Below, in pieces: positions 37,865 through 48,032 of a stretch of DNA of 64,000 bases (positions are counted from its first letter, which is position 1; the number at the start of each line of letters is the position of its first letter). The notes below the pieces were generated by a model. It worked only from the letters and a program-made list of their open reading frames with translations, did no database searches and had not been told where the DNA came from. Source of the stretch: a virus. Its lineage: Duplodnaviria > Caudoviricetes. The position numbers were made by a program, and so were the translations under genes. The DNA lies in the IMG/VR virus record IMGVR_UViG_3300006127_001273, positions 32,001 to 96,000 of that record. One strand, written 5' to 3'.

Positions 37865-38250
37865 TCACACGTGACGCATTAACAAAAATATTTTTAAACC
37901 AATGGGGCAAAAGTACTGATAATGCAAATGTAAAACTTTTTTCTCGCAAATGGTGGCAATGCAATCGTGCTAATAAGCAACATGCATTCCGCTTAACTAA
38001 CGACGGATTAGATTTCCTACAAAACGAGCTAGAAATCAAATCTTACGAAATTCCGTTTTCTGAATCAATTGAGCTGAGTCCCCAGACACTCATTTTTCTT
38101 GAAAAATATCTCGATTGTCCTTATCATATAACACACGTTAGCATAATTGTGTTTTCCGAAAAGCGATCTTTTGAACTTTGTTTATTTTCGGATGACATAC
38201 GAAAGTATGGCTTAATAAAAGCTATGAAAGAACGTGAAAAAGATATTTAG
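37861..38250 (+). CDS. Hypothetical protein (possible winged helix)
   Basis: ATGA overlap; 'FRLTNDG'. Confidence 0.55.
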   Translation: MITRDALTKIFLNQWGKSTDNANVKLFSRKWWQCNRANKQHAFRLTNDGLDFLQNELEIKSYEIPFSESIELSPQTLIFLEKYLDCPYHITHVSIIVFSEKRSFELCLFSDDIRKYGLIKAMKEREKDI

Positions 38251-38255
38251 ACCTA

Positions 38256-38284
38256 TTGACAACTGCGTTCAACGATCATACAAT
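38256..38284 (+). promoter_or_regulatory. sigma70-type early promoter
   Basis: TTGACA-17 nt-TACAAT. Confidence 0.8.
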
Positions 38285-38341
38285 ACATACATAGTAAGAA
38301 ATTACTTAACATTTTCAACAACAAACAAAAGGTAAATTTAT

Positions 38342-39430
38342 ATGTCAGAAGTACTTAGCCGTGTAGTTGGTCCTAAGGGTGCGAAGCGTTCACTTCGCAA
38401 GGCTTTTAAAAATAAGCGTCCGATTTTCCTGTGGGGACCTCCAGGTATCGGCAAGTCAGATATTATTAAGCAGCTCGGCAACGAGCTCGAAGCTCATGTA
38501 ATCGACGTTCGACTTTCACTATGGGAACCAACCGATATTAAGGGTATTCCATATTTTGACAGTAATGACGGCACTATGCGTTGGGCTCCGCCAGGCGAAC
38601 TTCCAAGCAAGGAGTTTGCAAAGAATCATAAGATGATCATTTTGTTTATGGACGAAATGAATTCTGCGGCTCCGGCTGTGCAGGCTGCGGCATATCAGCT
38701 CGTACTTAACCGCCGTGTTGGTACATATGAATTGCCCGACAACGTTGTAATGGTTGCGGCAGGTAACAGAGAAAGTGACAAGGGTGTTACTTATCGGATG
38801 CCGGCTCCGCTTGCAAATCGTTTTGTACATCTTGAAATGAATGTTGATTGGGAAGACTGGTTTGACTGGGCGGCAGAAAACAAGATCCATAAGGACGTAC
38901 TAGGATTCCTTACTTTTAGCAAGAAAGATCTTTACGATTTCGATCCTAAGTCTAGCTCACGGGCATTTGCAACTCCGCGTTCATGGTCATTTGTAAGTGA
39001 ACTGCTTGTTGACGACGACACCGATGAGTCTACACTGACCGATCTTACTTCAGGTTCAATTGGTGAAGGTCTTGCTGTTAAGTTTATGGCACATCGTAAG
39101 ATTGCTAGCAAGATGCCTAATCCAACTGATATTTTGACCGGTAAGGTTAAAAAGATGGATTCTAAGGAAATTTCAGCAATGTATTCACTTACTGTATCAT
39201 TGTGCTACGAGCTCAAGGATGCATGTGATAAGAAGGCAAAAGATTGGAACGACCAAGTTAATCACTTCTTCCGTTTCATCATGGACAATTTTGAAACTGA
39301 GTTGGTAATTATGGGCACTAAGCTCGCACTTTCAACTTATAAGTTGCCACTGGATCCAGACGAAATTGATTGTTTCGATGAGTTCCATAACAAGTTCGGT
39401 AAATATATTTCGCAAGCTACCGAAAAGTAA
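38342..39430 (+). CDS. MoxR-like AAA+ ATPase
   Basis: 'WGPPGIGKS', 'LFMDEMN', 'AAGNR', 'LANRF', 'TPRSW'. Confidence 0.9.
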   Translation: MSEVLSRVVGPKGAKRSLRKAFKNKRPIFLWGPPGIGKSDIIKQLGNELEAHVIDVRLSLWEPTDIKGIPYFDSNDGTMRWAPPGELPSKEFAKNHKMIILFMDEMNSAAPAVQAAAYQLVLNRRVGTYELPDNVVMVAAGNRESDKGVTYRMPAPLANRFVHLEMNVDWEDWFDWAAENKIHKDVLGFLTFSKKDLYDFDPKSSSRAFATPRSWSFVSELLVDDDTDESTLTDLTSGSIGEGLAVKFMAHRKIASKMPNPTDILTGKVKKMDSKEISAMYSLTVSLCYELKDACDKKAKDWNDQVNHFFRFIMDNFETELVIMGTKLALSTYKLPLDPDEIDCFDEFHNKFGKYISQATEK

Positions 39431-39450
39431 CATACTGCGAAGTTACCTAG

Positions 39451-39479
39451 TTGACACCGCCTACGGGCGGTGTTATACT
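39451..39479 (+). promoter_or_regulatory. sigma70-type promoter whose spacer is a GC hairpin
   Basis: TTGACA-17 nt-TATACT; ACACCGCC-tacg-GGCGGTGT. Confidence 0.8.
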
Positions 39480-39510
39480 ATATACATAATGTAACAAAAA
39501 GGACAAACAA

Positions 39511-40695
39511 ATGGCACATCTTGATCCAGTTATTGATAAAATTATTGTAGCTCGTGTAGGGCTTTTACTCCGTCATCCATTTTTTGGTAATATGGCAACT
39601 CGTCTTAAAATTCAAGACGGCAGTGACTGGTGTAAGACTGCGGCTACTGACGGTCGTTCAATTTTCTTTAATCGTGATTTCTTCAACGACCTAACTGTTA
39701 AACAAATCGAATTTGTTATTGCGCACGAAATTCTGCACAATGTTTTTGATCATATGGGTCGATGTGAAGGCCGTGATCGTAAGATCTTTAACATTGCGGC
39801 TGACTATTGTGTTAACGGACAATTGATTCGAGACCGCATCGGTGATCAAGTTACTAAGATCCAAATTTATCACGATCAAAAGTATTATGGTTGGAGTGCA
39901 GAACAAGTTTATGACGACATCTACGAAAAGATGGACGAACAAATGCTTGAGCAACTTGGCCAGATGCTTGACGAACATATTGATTGGGAAAACAGTGACG
40001 ACGATAATGGTAATCGTCCTTCTTATAGCAAAGAAGAATTGCGTAAGATTCGCGATGAAATTCGTGAAGCAACTATGCAGGCAGCACAGGCAGCAGGTGC
40101 AGGTAATACTCCGGCAGGTGTTGCAAGATTAATTAAGGAACTTACCGAACCGAAAATGAATTGGCGAGAAATTCTTCGGCAACAGATTCAAAGTATTATT
40201 CGTAATGACTACACCTTCCTACGTCCTAACCGTAAAGGTTGGCATATGAACGCAATTTTGCCCGGTACTAACTTTGCAGAAACAATCGATATTTGTGTAG
40301 CAATCGATATGTCGGGTTCGATCGGTAATGACCAAGCAATGGATTTCTTAACTGAAATTAAAGGCATTATGGATGAATATAAGGACTTTAAGATTAAACT
40401 CTGGTGTTTCGATACCGAAGTGTATAACGAACAAGATTACGATGGTTATAACGCTGACGAATTTTTGAGTTATGAAATTAAAGGCGGTGGCGGTACTGAC
40501 TTCGATGCCAACTGGAATTATATGAAGGCATATGATATTAACCCTAAAAAGTTTATCATGTTCACTGATGGATATCCTTGGCAATCATGGGGTGATCCAG
40601 ATTATTGTGATACTGTGTTCATTATCCATGGTACTAAGGATATTGTACCTCCGTTTGGCGAACACGCATACTACGAGTTTGGGCATCGCTCATAA
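39511..40695 (+). CDS. Metallopeptidase-vWA domain protein (DUF2201-like)
   Basis: 'TAATDG', HExxH 'HEILH', MIDAS 'DMSGS', 'GGGGTDF', 'FTDG'. Confidence 0.88.
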   Translation: MAHLDPVIDKIIVARVGLLLRHPFFGNMATRLKIQDGSDWCKTAATDGRSIFFNRDFFNDLTVKQIEFVIAHEILHNVFDHMGRCEGRDRKIFNIAADYCVNGQLIRDRIGDQVTKIQIYHDQKYYGWSAEQVYDDIYEKMDEQMLEQLGQMLDEHIDWENSDDDNGNRPSYSKEELRKIRDEIREATMQAAQAAGAGNTPAGVARLIKELTEPKMNWREILRQQIQSIIRNDYTFLRPNRKGWHMNAILPGTNFAETIDICVAIDMSGSIGNDQAMDFLTEIKGIMDEYKDFKIKLWCFDTEVYNEQDYDGYNADEFLSYEIKGGGGTDFDANWNYMKAYDINPKKFIMFTDGYPWQSWGDPDYCDTVFIIHGTKDIVPPFGEHAYYEFGHRS

Positions 40696-40982
40696 TGGCA
40701 CTTAAAAACGGCAAGCCTAATCCTTTAAATTACTTCGATATTAGAAGGGTTGAGTTTGCCGCTCCACATTTTAAATATACTGTTCTAGAAAAATATCATC
40801 CAACTACTGTAAGAAGTATCGACTATTGGATTAGAGAAAATTTAAATAATCGATATTATATAGGCCAAGGAATTTCGTTAGATCATAATAACTCAATTGT
40901 GTATACTACTCGCATCGGATTTGAGTCAGAAAAAGAGTTAAGTTTTTTCACAATTGCGTGTCCGCATCTCCATACAAGATAA
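40695..40982 (+). CDS. Hypothetical protein
   Basis: TAATG coupling. Confidence 0.6.
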   Translation: MALKNGKPNPLNYFDIRRVEFAAPHFKYTVLEKYHPTTVRSIDYWIRENLNNRYYIGQGISLDHNNSIVYTTRIGFESEKELSFFTIACPHLHTR

Positions 40983-41016
40983 TTAAAGTTAGCAATAACT
41001 TAATTAAGGAGATATT

Positions 41017-41250
41017 ATGACAGACGAAGTTGAAAACATTGAAACTACCGAAGCACCTGCACAAGAAGGTGCTAGTAATGAATTATCAATTAATGATCTT
41101 AATGCTATGAAGATCATTATCGATATTGCAAGTTCACGCGGTGCATTCAAACCAAACGAAATGGTAGCAGTTGGACAGACATATACTAAGTTAACTGCGT
41201 TCTTGGATCAAGTTGCAAAGCAAGCAGAGGCACAAAAAGCAAATGGTTAA
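41017..41250 (+). CDS. Hypothetical protein
   Basis: AAGGAG RBS; 'IIDIASSRGAFK.NE'. Confidence 0.7.
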   Translation: MTDEVENIETTEAPAQEGASNELSINDLNAMKIIIDIASSRGAFKPNEMVAVGQTYTKLTAFLDQVAKQAEAQKANG

Positions 41251-41878
41251 TCTAAAACATGTTGGCAGAATGAAGTCTACCGGCAAACGTGTTTTAGTTG
41301 CGTTTAGAACGCTGCCCGGTGATGCATATAGTTGCCTTGTTGTTTCGACTGAAAGATTAGACGATTCATATCATAATGCAATCATTAATCTTGTTGAAAG
41401 TGCAGCAGCTCAAGAATCATATGAATTTGCAGAAGTATTGAATCGCACACAATTCCCGGATGGTAGCACCATGTTGCCATCCTTACACGCTAAGGGGTTG
41501 CTTGTAAAGGCGCCGACTAGCGAAGTTGAAATGGTGCCGGTTGTAGGAACTAGTATCTTGCTATCAGAACTTAATCAACTTATTGCCGAAAATCGGGGAG
41601 TTGCGGTGGATGATCTTCATATCAAACCTAACTCTACTGATAAAGTAGAAGTTCGGGAAGTTGCATCGGCACAAGAAATTCCTGCTGCATCCGCTGAACC
41701 TGCTACTATAGCAACTGAAAAAACAGTTACTTTTGATTCACCAGAAGAAGAAGCAAAACATTATCGTTCTCAAGCAGATAAACTAGCTAAGGAAGCGGCA
41801 AAGTTTAGAAGATTAGCAGAGGAGTTGGCTCCAACCAAGAAAAAGAAAAACGATGCAGTCAAGGAAGAAACTGCCTAA
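41243..41878 (+). CDS. Hypothetical protein
   Basis: ATG at 41243, 'LKHVGR'. Confidence 0.65.
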   Translation: MVNLKHVGRMKSTGKRVLVAFRTLPGDAYSCLVVSTERLDDSYHNAIINLVESAAAQESYEFAEVLNRTQFPDGSTMLPSLHAKGLLVKAPTSEVEMVPVVGTSILLSELNQLIAENRGVAVDDLHIKPNSTDKVEVREVASAQEIPAASAEPATIATEKTVTFDSPEEEAKHYRSQADKLAKEAAKFRRLAEELAPTKKKKNDAVKEETA

Positions 41879-42170
41879 GGACGTTATCGATAGTTGGCCT
41901 GAAGTATTCGATGAGGTAAAATTTAATGTTTTACCTCTTCGATATATTCAAACTGTAAATATCAACTTTAAAGATAACACTACTTGGGAAATAAAACTCA
42001 CAACAAAAATTCGTAATGACGGTTGGGAAACATTTGAAAAAATTTTAGCCGAAACTATTCACACTTACGAACATCGAATTGAAAATATTGATTTTAAACT
42101 AGATACCGATCGAGTTAAGAAAGATATTAAAAAGAAAACTCAAAAATTCTTAAATAAAAAGACCATATGA
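41853..42170 (+). CDS. Hypothetical protein
   Basis: Overlaps both neighbours. Confidence 0.6.
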   Translation: MQSRKKLPKDVIDSWPEVFDEVKFNVLPLRYIQTVNINFKDNTTWEIKLTTKIRNDGWETFEKILAETIHTYEHRIENIDFKLDTDRVKKDIKKKTQKFLNKKTI

Positions 42171-42661
42171 TAATTGCATTATTTGCAGTCGACGATAACG
42201 GAGGTGTCGGAAATAACGGTGGAATGCCGTGGCCTCCAAATAAAGAGGACTTTAAATGGTTTAGAGAAACAACTTTAAACCAAGTCGTAGTTATGGGCAA
42301 AACTACATGGAACAGTCCTGATATGCCTAAACCACTTCCAAAAAGAACTAATGTTGTAATCACAAATGAACATCTTAATGTTGAAGATGTTATTAGTGTT
42401 AATGGCGATGTTCCACATGTCATTAAATCGCTACATCGACGATACCCTAATAACGAATTTTTTGTTATAGGCGGAGTTAGCGTTCTATTACAAGCAAAAC
42501 CTGTTTTAGACAAATTATACATTACTCGTATTCCCGGAGTTTACGAAGCAGATACTCAAATCAATTTACCTAGTTTCTTAGAAGGCTTTATACTAACTAA
42601 TACTAGAGATTTAGGCTCTTGCAAGGTAGAGGAATATGAAGCAATACAACGAAGCACTTAA
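42167..42661 (+). CDS. folA: Dihydrofolate reductase
   Basis: 'GMPW', 'DFKWFR.TT', 'VMGKTTWNS', 'PLPKRTNVV', 'VIGG'. Confidence 0.93.
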   Translation: MIIALFAVDDNGGVGNNGGMPWPPNKEDFKWFRETTLNQVVVMGKTTWNSPDMPKPLPKRTNVVITNEHLNVEDVISVNGDVPHVIKSLHRRYPNNEFFVIGGVSVLLQAKPVLDKLYITRIPGVYEADTQINLPSFLEGFILTNTRDLGSCKVEEYEAIQRST

Positions 42662-43508
42662 ACAAATTTTAGAAAACGGCAAAGAAAAGACTGATCGTAC
42701 AGGTACTGGTACGATTAGTATTTTTGGCATGCAAATGCGGTTTGATCTTAGATTAGGCTTTCCTGCTGTTACAACAAAAAAACTAGCATGGAAGGCAGTA
42801 GTAAGCGAGCTACTATGGTTTTTAGAAGGGTCCAGTAACGAACTTAGATTAAAAGAAATTTTATACGGAACAAATGCAACTGATAAATCTACAATCTGGT
42901 CTGCAAATGCTAATTCTAAGTATTGGAAACCACGTGCAAGAAATCCTGGAGATCTCGGACGAATTTACGGAGTTCAATGGAGAACTTGGCGGACGACAGA
43001 TCGTAAATGGCTTAATTCGAGTACATGGGAACCAATTGTAATTGATCAATTACAAATGCTAATCGACGGGATCAAAAAAAATCCCGATAGTCGGAGACAC
43101 ATACTAACTGCATGGAATCCCGGTGATTTAGATCGAATGGCACTTCCGCCGTGTCATGTTATGTGTCAGTTTGACGTTACTGACGGATATTTAAGTTGTC
43201 AATTATATCAACGAAGTTGCGATATGTTTTTAGGTGTTCCATTTAATATTGCAAGTTATAGTTTGCTCACGCACATGATTGCGAAAGAGTGCGGACTTAA
43301 AGTAGGTGATTTTATTTGGACCGGTGGAGATTGTCATATATATAAAGATCACATTGATGCTGTTAACGAACAGTTAAGTAGAAATATTAAACCCCTACCT
43401 ACATTATATATAACTGTAGATAAAGGATTATTTGAATACAATTTAGACGATTTTAAATTAGAAAACTATGAACATCATCCTGCTATCGTAGCACCGATGT
43501 CAGTTTAA
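42636..43508 (+). CDS. thyA: Thymidylate synthase
   Basis: 'DRTGTGT', 'YGVQWR', 'LPPCH', 'YQRSCDMFLGVPFNIASY'. Confidence 0.97.
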   Translation: MKQYNEALKQILENGKEKTDRTGTGTISIFGMQMRFDLRLGFPAVTTKKLAWKAVVSELLWFLEGSSNELRLKEILYGTNATDKSTIWSANANSKYWKPRARNPGDLGRIYGVQWRTWRTTDRKWLNSSTWEPIVIDQLQMLIDGIKKNPDSRRHILTAWNPGDLDRMALPPCHVMCQFDVTDGYLSCQLYQRSCDMFLGVPFNIASYSLLTHMIAKECGLKVGDFIWTGGDCHIYKDHIDAVNEQLSRNIKPLPTLYITVDKGLFEYNLDDFKLENYEHHPAIVAPMSV

Positions 43509-44844
43509 AATGTTGTTCTAACCATTCAAAATCATTAATCTTAGAAAGTGCCGGCAAATTGTCGGCATTTTCTTCACCGTATATTCTACCCGCTCTTGCA
43601 CCGTGTAAGGCATAAATTGCAAACTTACCGTCGGCAATATTACACCACGTATCTAAACGTGCTTCGGTTTCTGTATCTAATTGTCCTCGAATAGTCTTTG
43701 ATGCTAACTTAACACATTCTCTAAATGCCGATTTCCATGTATTGAATGGATCGGTATTAAATGCAGTAATGTTTGCTATTTGATCAATTACTTTAAACTT
43801 GCTACTTATTGCTGTAGTCATATCAGGACTGTTAACATCCATACTAATAGTTGATTGTGTAGGTAAAAGTTTTACTCCACCATACCCATATTTTAATCCG
43901 TTTATAGGATTTTGACTACGCCATACATGTACACAATCTCTATCGTATATTAAAGGAACAAAATCAAAATTAAAAGAATCAAGTATTTGTGCGTCTCCGT
44001 CGACTACCCAAAACATTCTCGTCGAAGATAATGTTGCCGCAGTGATATGTGCTTGATGTATACCTTTAACTTTATCCACTCGTTTAGCTAATGGGAATCG
44101 TTCTAATAATTTTTGATAATTGATATCTGCGTTAGGTTCATTATACGATATAAAAACAATATCATACGGTTTACTAATACTTGCTGTAATACTCCATTCT
44201 TTTCGATTAACTGGAAACCTAAAATCAATTTCTTTTTTACTTAAAGGCGAATAGGTGCTACAAAGTAACACTCCGTTATAAGTTTCATTTTTACCTTCAG
44301 TATGTATAAACGCATGGTTTCGTTCACGATCAAATATATATTCATCAGTTTCTGTAGTAAAAAATAAATCAAATTTAAACGTATCAACAATGCAGAGTTC
44401 TTTTGATATTATCCAAAACAGTTCTGTCGATGTTAATTCTAATGCAGCCAAATATTCTTCGTATGTATCTACTGAAAAAATATCATATCGATCGACACTA
44501 GTACTTGCCATAATGTCTAATTCTTTTTTATGTACAAAGAATCGATGGTTAAATTCTCGGTCGGATACTTTAGCAGTCTTTGGGATTAAACACACTCCGT
44601 TATGGTTTTCATCATTTTGAAAAACATGCACATATTCTTCATCCCACTTTTCTATTTCATAATCAAATTTAAAATCATCGTTAACATTTAAATTAGGCCA
44701 TACTACCCAAAATGCCTTAGTAAAAACTTTTTTTATTGCATCAGAATATGTCTCGGCCGACTTTGCTAACGGATATTTCTTCTTAAATTTTTTAAAGGCA
44801 TTATAAGAATACGGTGTGTTAACAACAAAAATGATATCGTACAT
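43483..44844 (-). CDS. Glycosyltransferase-like protein (GT-A) with degenerate N-terminal repeats
   Basis: C-terminal 'DIVFISYNE...FWVVDGD...NGLKYGYGGVKL'; two earlier YDI.../FW.. units lack the DxD. Confidence 0.6.
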   Translation of the reverse strand: MYDIIFVVNTPYSYNAFKKFKKKYPLAKSAETYSDAIKKVFTKAFWVVWPNLNVNDDFKFDYEIEKWDEEYVHVFQNDENHNGVCLIPKTAKVSDREFNHRFFVHKKELDIMASTSVDRYDIFSVDTYEEYLAALELTSTELFWIISKELCIVDTFKFDLFFTTETDEYIFDRERNHAFIHTEGKNETYNGVLLCSTYSPLSKKEIDFRFPVNRKEWSITASISKPYDIVFISYNEPNADINYQKLLERFPLAKRVDKVKGIHQAHITAATLSSTRMFWVVDGDAQILDSFNFDFVPLIYDRDCVHVWRSQNPINGLKYGYGGVKLLPTQSTISMDVNSPDMTTAISSKFKVIDQIANITAFNTDPFNTWKSAFRECVKLASKTIRGQLDTETEARLDTWCNIADGKFAIYALHGARAGRIYGEENADNLPALSKINDFEWLEQHFKLTSVLR

Positions 44845-45743
44845 TAAACCCTCTTACGGATAATCCTCGGAGTATTATTATAAACTTGTTTAAAAAATGC
44901 AGATCCATGTTTATCAAGATCAGACATTTCTAATCCACATTCTCTTCGTAAAGTATGACCTAACCCAGAAATTTCATAGGGTAACATTTCTTCTGTAACT
45001 GTGCTATATTTTTCATTCCACTCGTTAGTTAGCCAATCAAAATCTCTAACTAAACTATAATCCCAATCAGTGCAATTTGTTAAATATGCACCTTCTCTAG
45101 CACCATACATCGACCATAATCCATTTTCAACATCTGCACCGATGTTAGACCAAATTAATAATCGTTGATAATTTTGCCACCATACTGATTCGATGTCGGT
45201 GACTTTAGCACCCTGATCGAGAGACATTTTTACACCTTCTCTAAATCCTGCTCTAAATGCCTGAAAGGGACTAGCATTAGTATAACTTATAGAATAGTTC
45301 TCATTGAACTGATAATATCGATGATCGAAACAAAATTCCACTTTTCCTTTAACATCATCGGGATCGGAATTTTCGTGAGTTTTCATTTCGTTAACAAACT
45401 TACGTGTCCATAATTTAAGACCACCATTTCCATACATAAGTCCATTAACATAAACTTTTCCGCACCAACTAAACACATGTTCGGGAGTTAGATTTAACTC
45501 TTCTAAATCAATTTCTACTTTTAAAAAATCAGGATCGATGATATTATCAGCATCGACTGTAACAAAATATTCCGTCTCGCTTAACGCTGCACATGCTTTA
45601 TGTGCAGAATCACTACCTTTAACTCCATGCACACGTTTTGCCCATGGTAGCTTTTTTAGCAAATCGGCATAATTTTTTTCAGCGTTTGGTTCATCATAAC
45701 TAAGGAAAATAACGTCTTGATCAATAATTTTTATTTTATTCAT
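44844..45743 (-). CDS. Glycosyltransferase-like protein (GT-A), paralog of the neighbour
   Basis: 'DVIFLSYDE', 'FVTVDAD', 'NGLMYGNGGLKLW', 'FREGVK'. Confidence 0.65.
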   Translation of the reverse strand: MNKIKIIDQDVIFLSYDEPNAEKNYADLLKKLPWAKRVHGVKGSDSAHKACAALSETEYFVTVDADNIIDPDFLKVEIDLEELNLTPEHVFSWCGKVYVNGLMYGNGGLKLWTRKFVNEMKTHENSDPDDVKGKVEFCFDHRYYQFNENYSISYTNASPFQAFRAGFREGVKMSLDQGAKVTDIESVWWQNYQRLLIWSNIGADVENGLWSMYGAREGAYLTNCTDWDYSLVRDFDWLTNEWNEKYSTVTEEMLPYEISGLGHTLRRECGLEMSDLDKHGSAFFKQVYNNTPRIIRKRV

Positions 45744-46362
45744 ATATTTTTAAATTATAAGATCTAAATAAACTAACTGTTGAAATTGATATTTTAGCAT
45801 TATTAAATTCGTAGTTAGTATCAAAAGGTATAGATATAGTCGAACCATTGAGTAAATCGTCTGTTTTTATTGCAATTGTTTTAATTAAGAAATCAAAATC
45901 ATCCTCTAATGTTACAAAAAACATTACTGATCCCCGTCGAATCTTATTATTAAAAAACTCTCTTGCACTAGAATTTAACGAAAATTCCCAATACGTTTTA
46001 GGCCCGTTCCACACTACTAACAAATCAGGAGTATCTGATAAATTTGTTCTAATATGAATTAAATCATTATTTTTAAAATCGTATATAGGTGATGTTTTTA
46101 AAATTATCTGTGTAATAAAAGATCCGTCAGTAGTCTTTACTCTTGCAACAATGTAATCATTCCAACTTTTTTCGCTAGTAAAAAATCCTGCTATTTCATC
46201 ATGATCAACTTCAATGCTATACTCAAAATTAGGATCTACTTCGTTTGTGATCGAAAGAATCTGTCCGGTTTTATTATCGTAATATACATAAAATTTTGGA
46301 ATAATTAGTTCAATATTTTGAAACTCTTCGACTACAGGATTACTTTTCTTTTTACGAGCCAT
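45736..46362 (-). CDS. Hypothetical protein within the GT cluster
   Basis: Overlaps both neighbours. Confidence 0.6.
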   Translation of the reverse strand: MARKKKSNPVVEEFQNIELIIPKFYVYYDNKTGQILSITNEVDPNFEYSIEVDHDEIAGFFTSEKSWNDYIVARVKTTDGSFITQIILKTSPIYDFKNNDLIHIRTNLSDTPDLLVVWNGPKTYWEFSLNSSAREFFNNKIRRGSVMFFVTLEDDFDFLIKTIAIKTDDLLNGSTISIPFDTNYEFNNAKISISTVSLFRSYNLKIYE

Positions 46363-47197
46363 TTACTAAATCCTCAAGTTGTAATAATATCGAACATGAT
46401 AAGAAGTCATCTTCGACATAATGAAACACCTTTGTCTGTTTTATGTTACCAATAACTAAGTCAAACTTATCATTCAATACATGCGGCACGGCATTTAACC
46501 ACGATGCAAACATTACATCCCATCCTTGCACTCCTGATTTCATATGAATAAATTCCAATGGCGAGCATATATCGATACTCGAATCATAATTTCCGACTAT
46601 TTCGATTGTAATAGCAGTTGCTAAATCCATACTTAACCAATCTTGATATAGATTTGGGGCAAATGTTGTGTAACACCATTGCCAATTATTACAAACAAAT
46701 TCCAATACCTTGTAAAACTCATATGCAGTTTTATTTTTTTTGAAATAATGTAACGCATAATAAGGATTAGATAAATTGTTTTCCACAAACGATTTTCTAT
46801 AAACTGTATCTGTAATTACTTCAAGTTTATGATTTTTAATTCGAGAACAAAATTTTATATCGTAGTTACTACAATAATCCCACCACTCTGATATATCTTC
46901 TAATAATAACATATCAGAATCAAGAACAATTGTTTCATCATATGGAGTACAATAATATACCTTCCACCGATTTTCTCCTCTAAAACGAGAATTGTTAGAA
47001 TGATCGCCCCACGGTATTTCTATAATTTGATCAAATACACTTCGATATTCGTCGGGGACTGCATCGTTTGTAACTAATGACACATCTTTAATGTGCGTTT
47101 GACTAATTTTAATCGACAATGCTAATGCGTATGCCTGACGAATATAATTAGTCGTCTCGGTATTTTGTGCGTATATTAAAAACCCTTTAGACACCAT
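46352..47197 (-). CDS. Glycosyltransferase-like protein (GT8/mannosyltransferase-like GT-A)
   Basis: 'TPYDETIVLDSD' DxD motif; GGAGGT RBS supports the ATG at 47197. Confidence 0.65.
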   Translation of the reverse strand: MVSKGFLIYAQNTETTNYIRQAYALALSIKISQTHIKDVSLVTNDAVPDEYRSVFDQIIEIPWGDHSNNSRFRGENRWKVYYCTPYDETIVLDSDMLLLEDISEWWDYCSNYDIKFCSRIKNHKLEVITDTVYRKSFVENNLSNPYYALHYFKKNKTAYEFYKVLEFVCNNWQWCYTTFAPNLYQDWLSMDLATAITIEIVGNYDSSIDICSPLEFIHMKSGVQGWDVMFASWLNAVPHVLNDKFDLVIGNIKQTKVFHYVEDDFLSCSILLQLEDLVNGS

Positions 47198-48032
47198 TAC
47201 CTCCGTCAATATATCGTAGTAAACTCTTTTTATTCATTACATGCACATCAAGATCATCAGTACTTGCAGCAATATATTCGCCTAAGTAATCTTGCTTTTC
47301 AATTAAAAATTTCATAGAGTTGCCAGACATTGTTATTAATAAATCTTTATCCAATGTGTATGTCATCTTTCCTGGTAATTCAGCAGCAAACTCTCCATTG
47401 GTTTTGCCATTCATTATATGTATTGCAATACTAAAAGCATAGTCATTCCTATACAATGAGTTATCTACACTATACAATATTCTAAAATAATCCCATTCTT
47501 TCTTAATATATTCAATTAAATCAAATAATGCATGTGTAGCGGCATTCTTCCTAAAGACGAATGTTGTAGCCCAATAAAACGGAATTGAATATTGATTTAT
47601 CCGTTCATATGCAATGCGGTTACGCCAGTCAGCTAAATCAAAACTTTTATGATAAATCTGAAACGATTCTTCTCTGTCAAATGCTAATTTAAGAATAGAA
47701 GAATTAATGATGTAATCCGAATCGACTACTAATGTCACATCATATGGTGTTAAATTATAAACATTACTTCTAGTTGTATTTTTCCATTCAAAATGATCAT
47801 GAGATAATGATCCATCATGATATCGTTTTGACATTGATAGTTCTGGATTTAATTGGATTATTTGATCAAAACCGTGATCCGGAAACTCATTTTTTAAATA
47901 ATCAAGATCATTAGTGATAATACTTACCGGAATATCAAGATGCTGTTTTATCCGAGATGCACAAAAAATTGCCATTTTTACATAGTCAATTCCTTGATTG
48001 TTATGTGCAAAAATTACAGCGCCGTTTTTCAT
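47187..48032 (-). CDS. Glycosyltransferase-like protein, paralog of 46352-47197
   Basis: 'TPYDVTLVVDSD', 'RNDYAFSIA', 'HVMNK'. Confidence 0.65.
   Translation of the reverse strand: MKNGAVIFAHNNQGIDYVKMAIFCASRIKQHLDIPVSIITNDLDYLKNEFPDHGFDQIIQLNPELSMSKRYHDGSLSHDHFEWKNTTRSNVYNLTPYDVTLVVDSDYIINSSILKLAFDREESFQIYHKSFDLADWRNRIAYERINQYSIPFYWATTFVFRKNAATHALFDLIEYIKKEWDYFRILYSVDNSLYRNDYAFSIAIHIMNGKTNGEFAAELPGKMTYTLDKDLLITMSGNSMKFLIEKQDYLGEYIAASTDDLDVHVMNKKSLLRYIDGGNGV

Noticed and set aside
42636-43508. ThyA as a dCMP/dUMP hydroxymethylase for base modification
   Set aside because: It has canonical ThyA motifs including the dUMP-specifying Asn, and is paired with DHFR.
43483-43508. 26-nt convergent overlap of thyA and the GT gene as antisense regulation
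   Set aside because: Short 3' overlaps are common at strand switches in compact phage genomes, and there is no further evidence.
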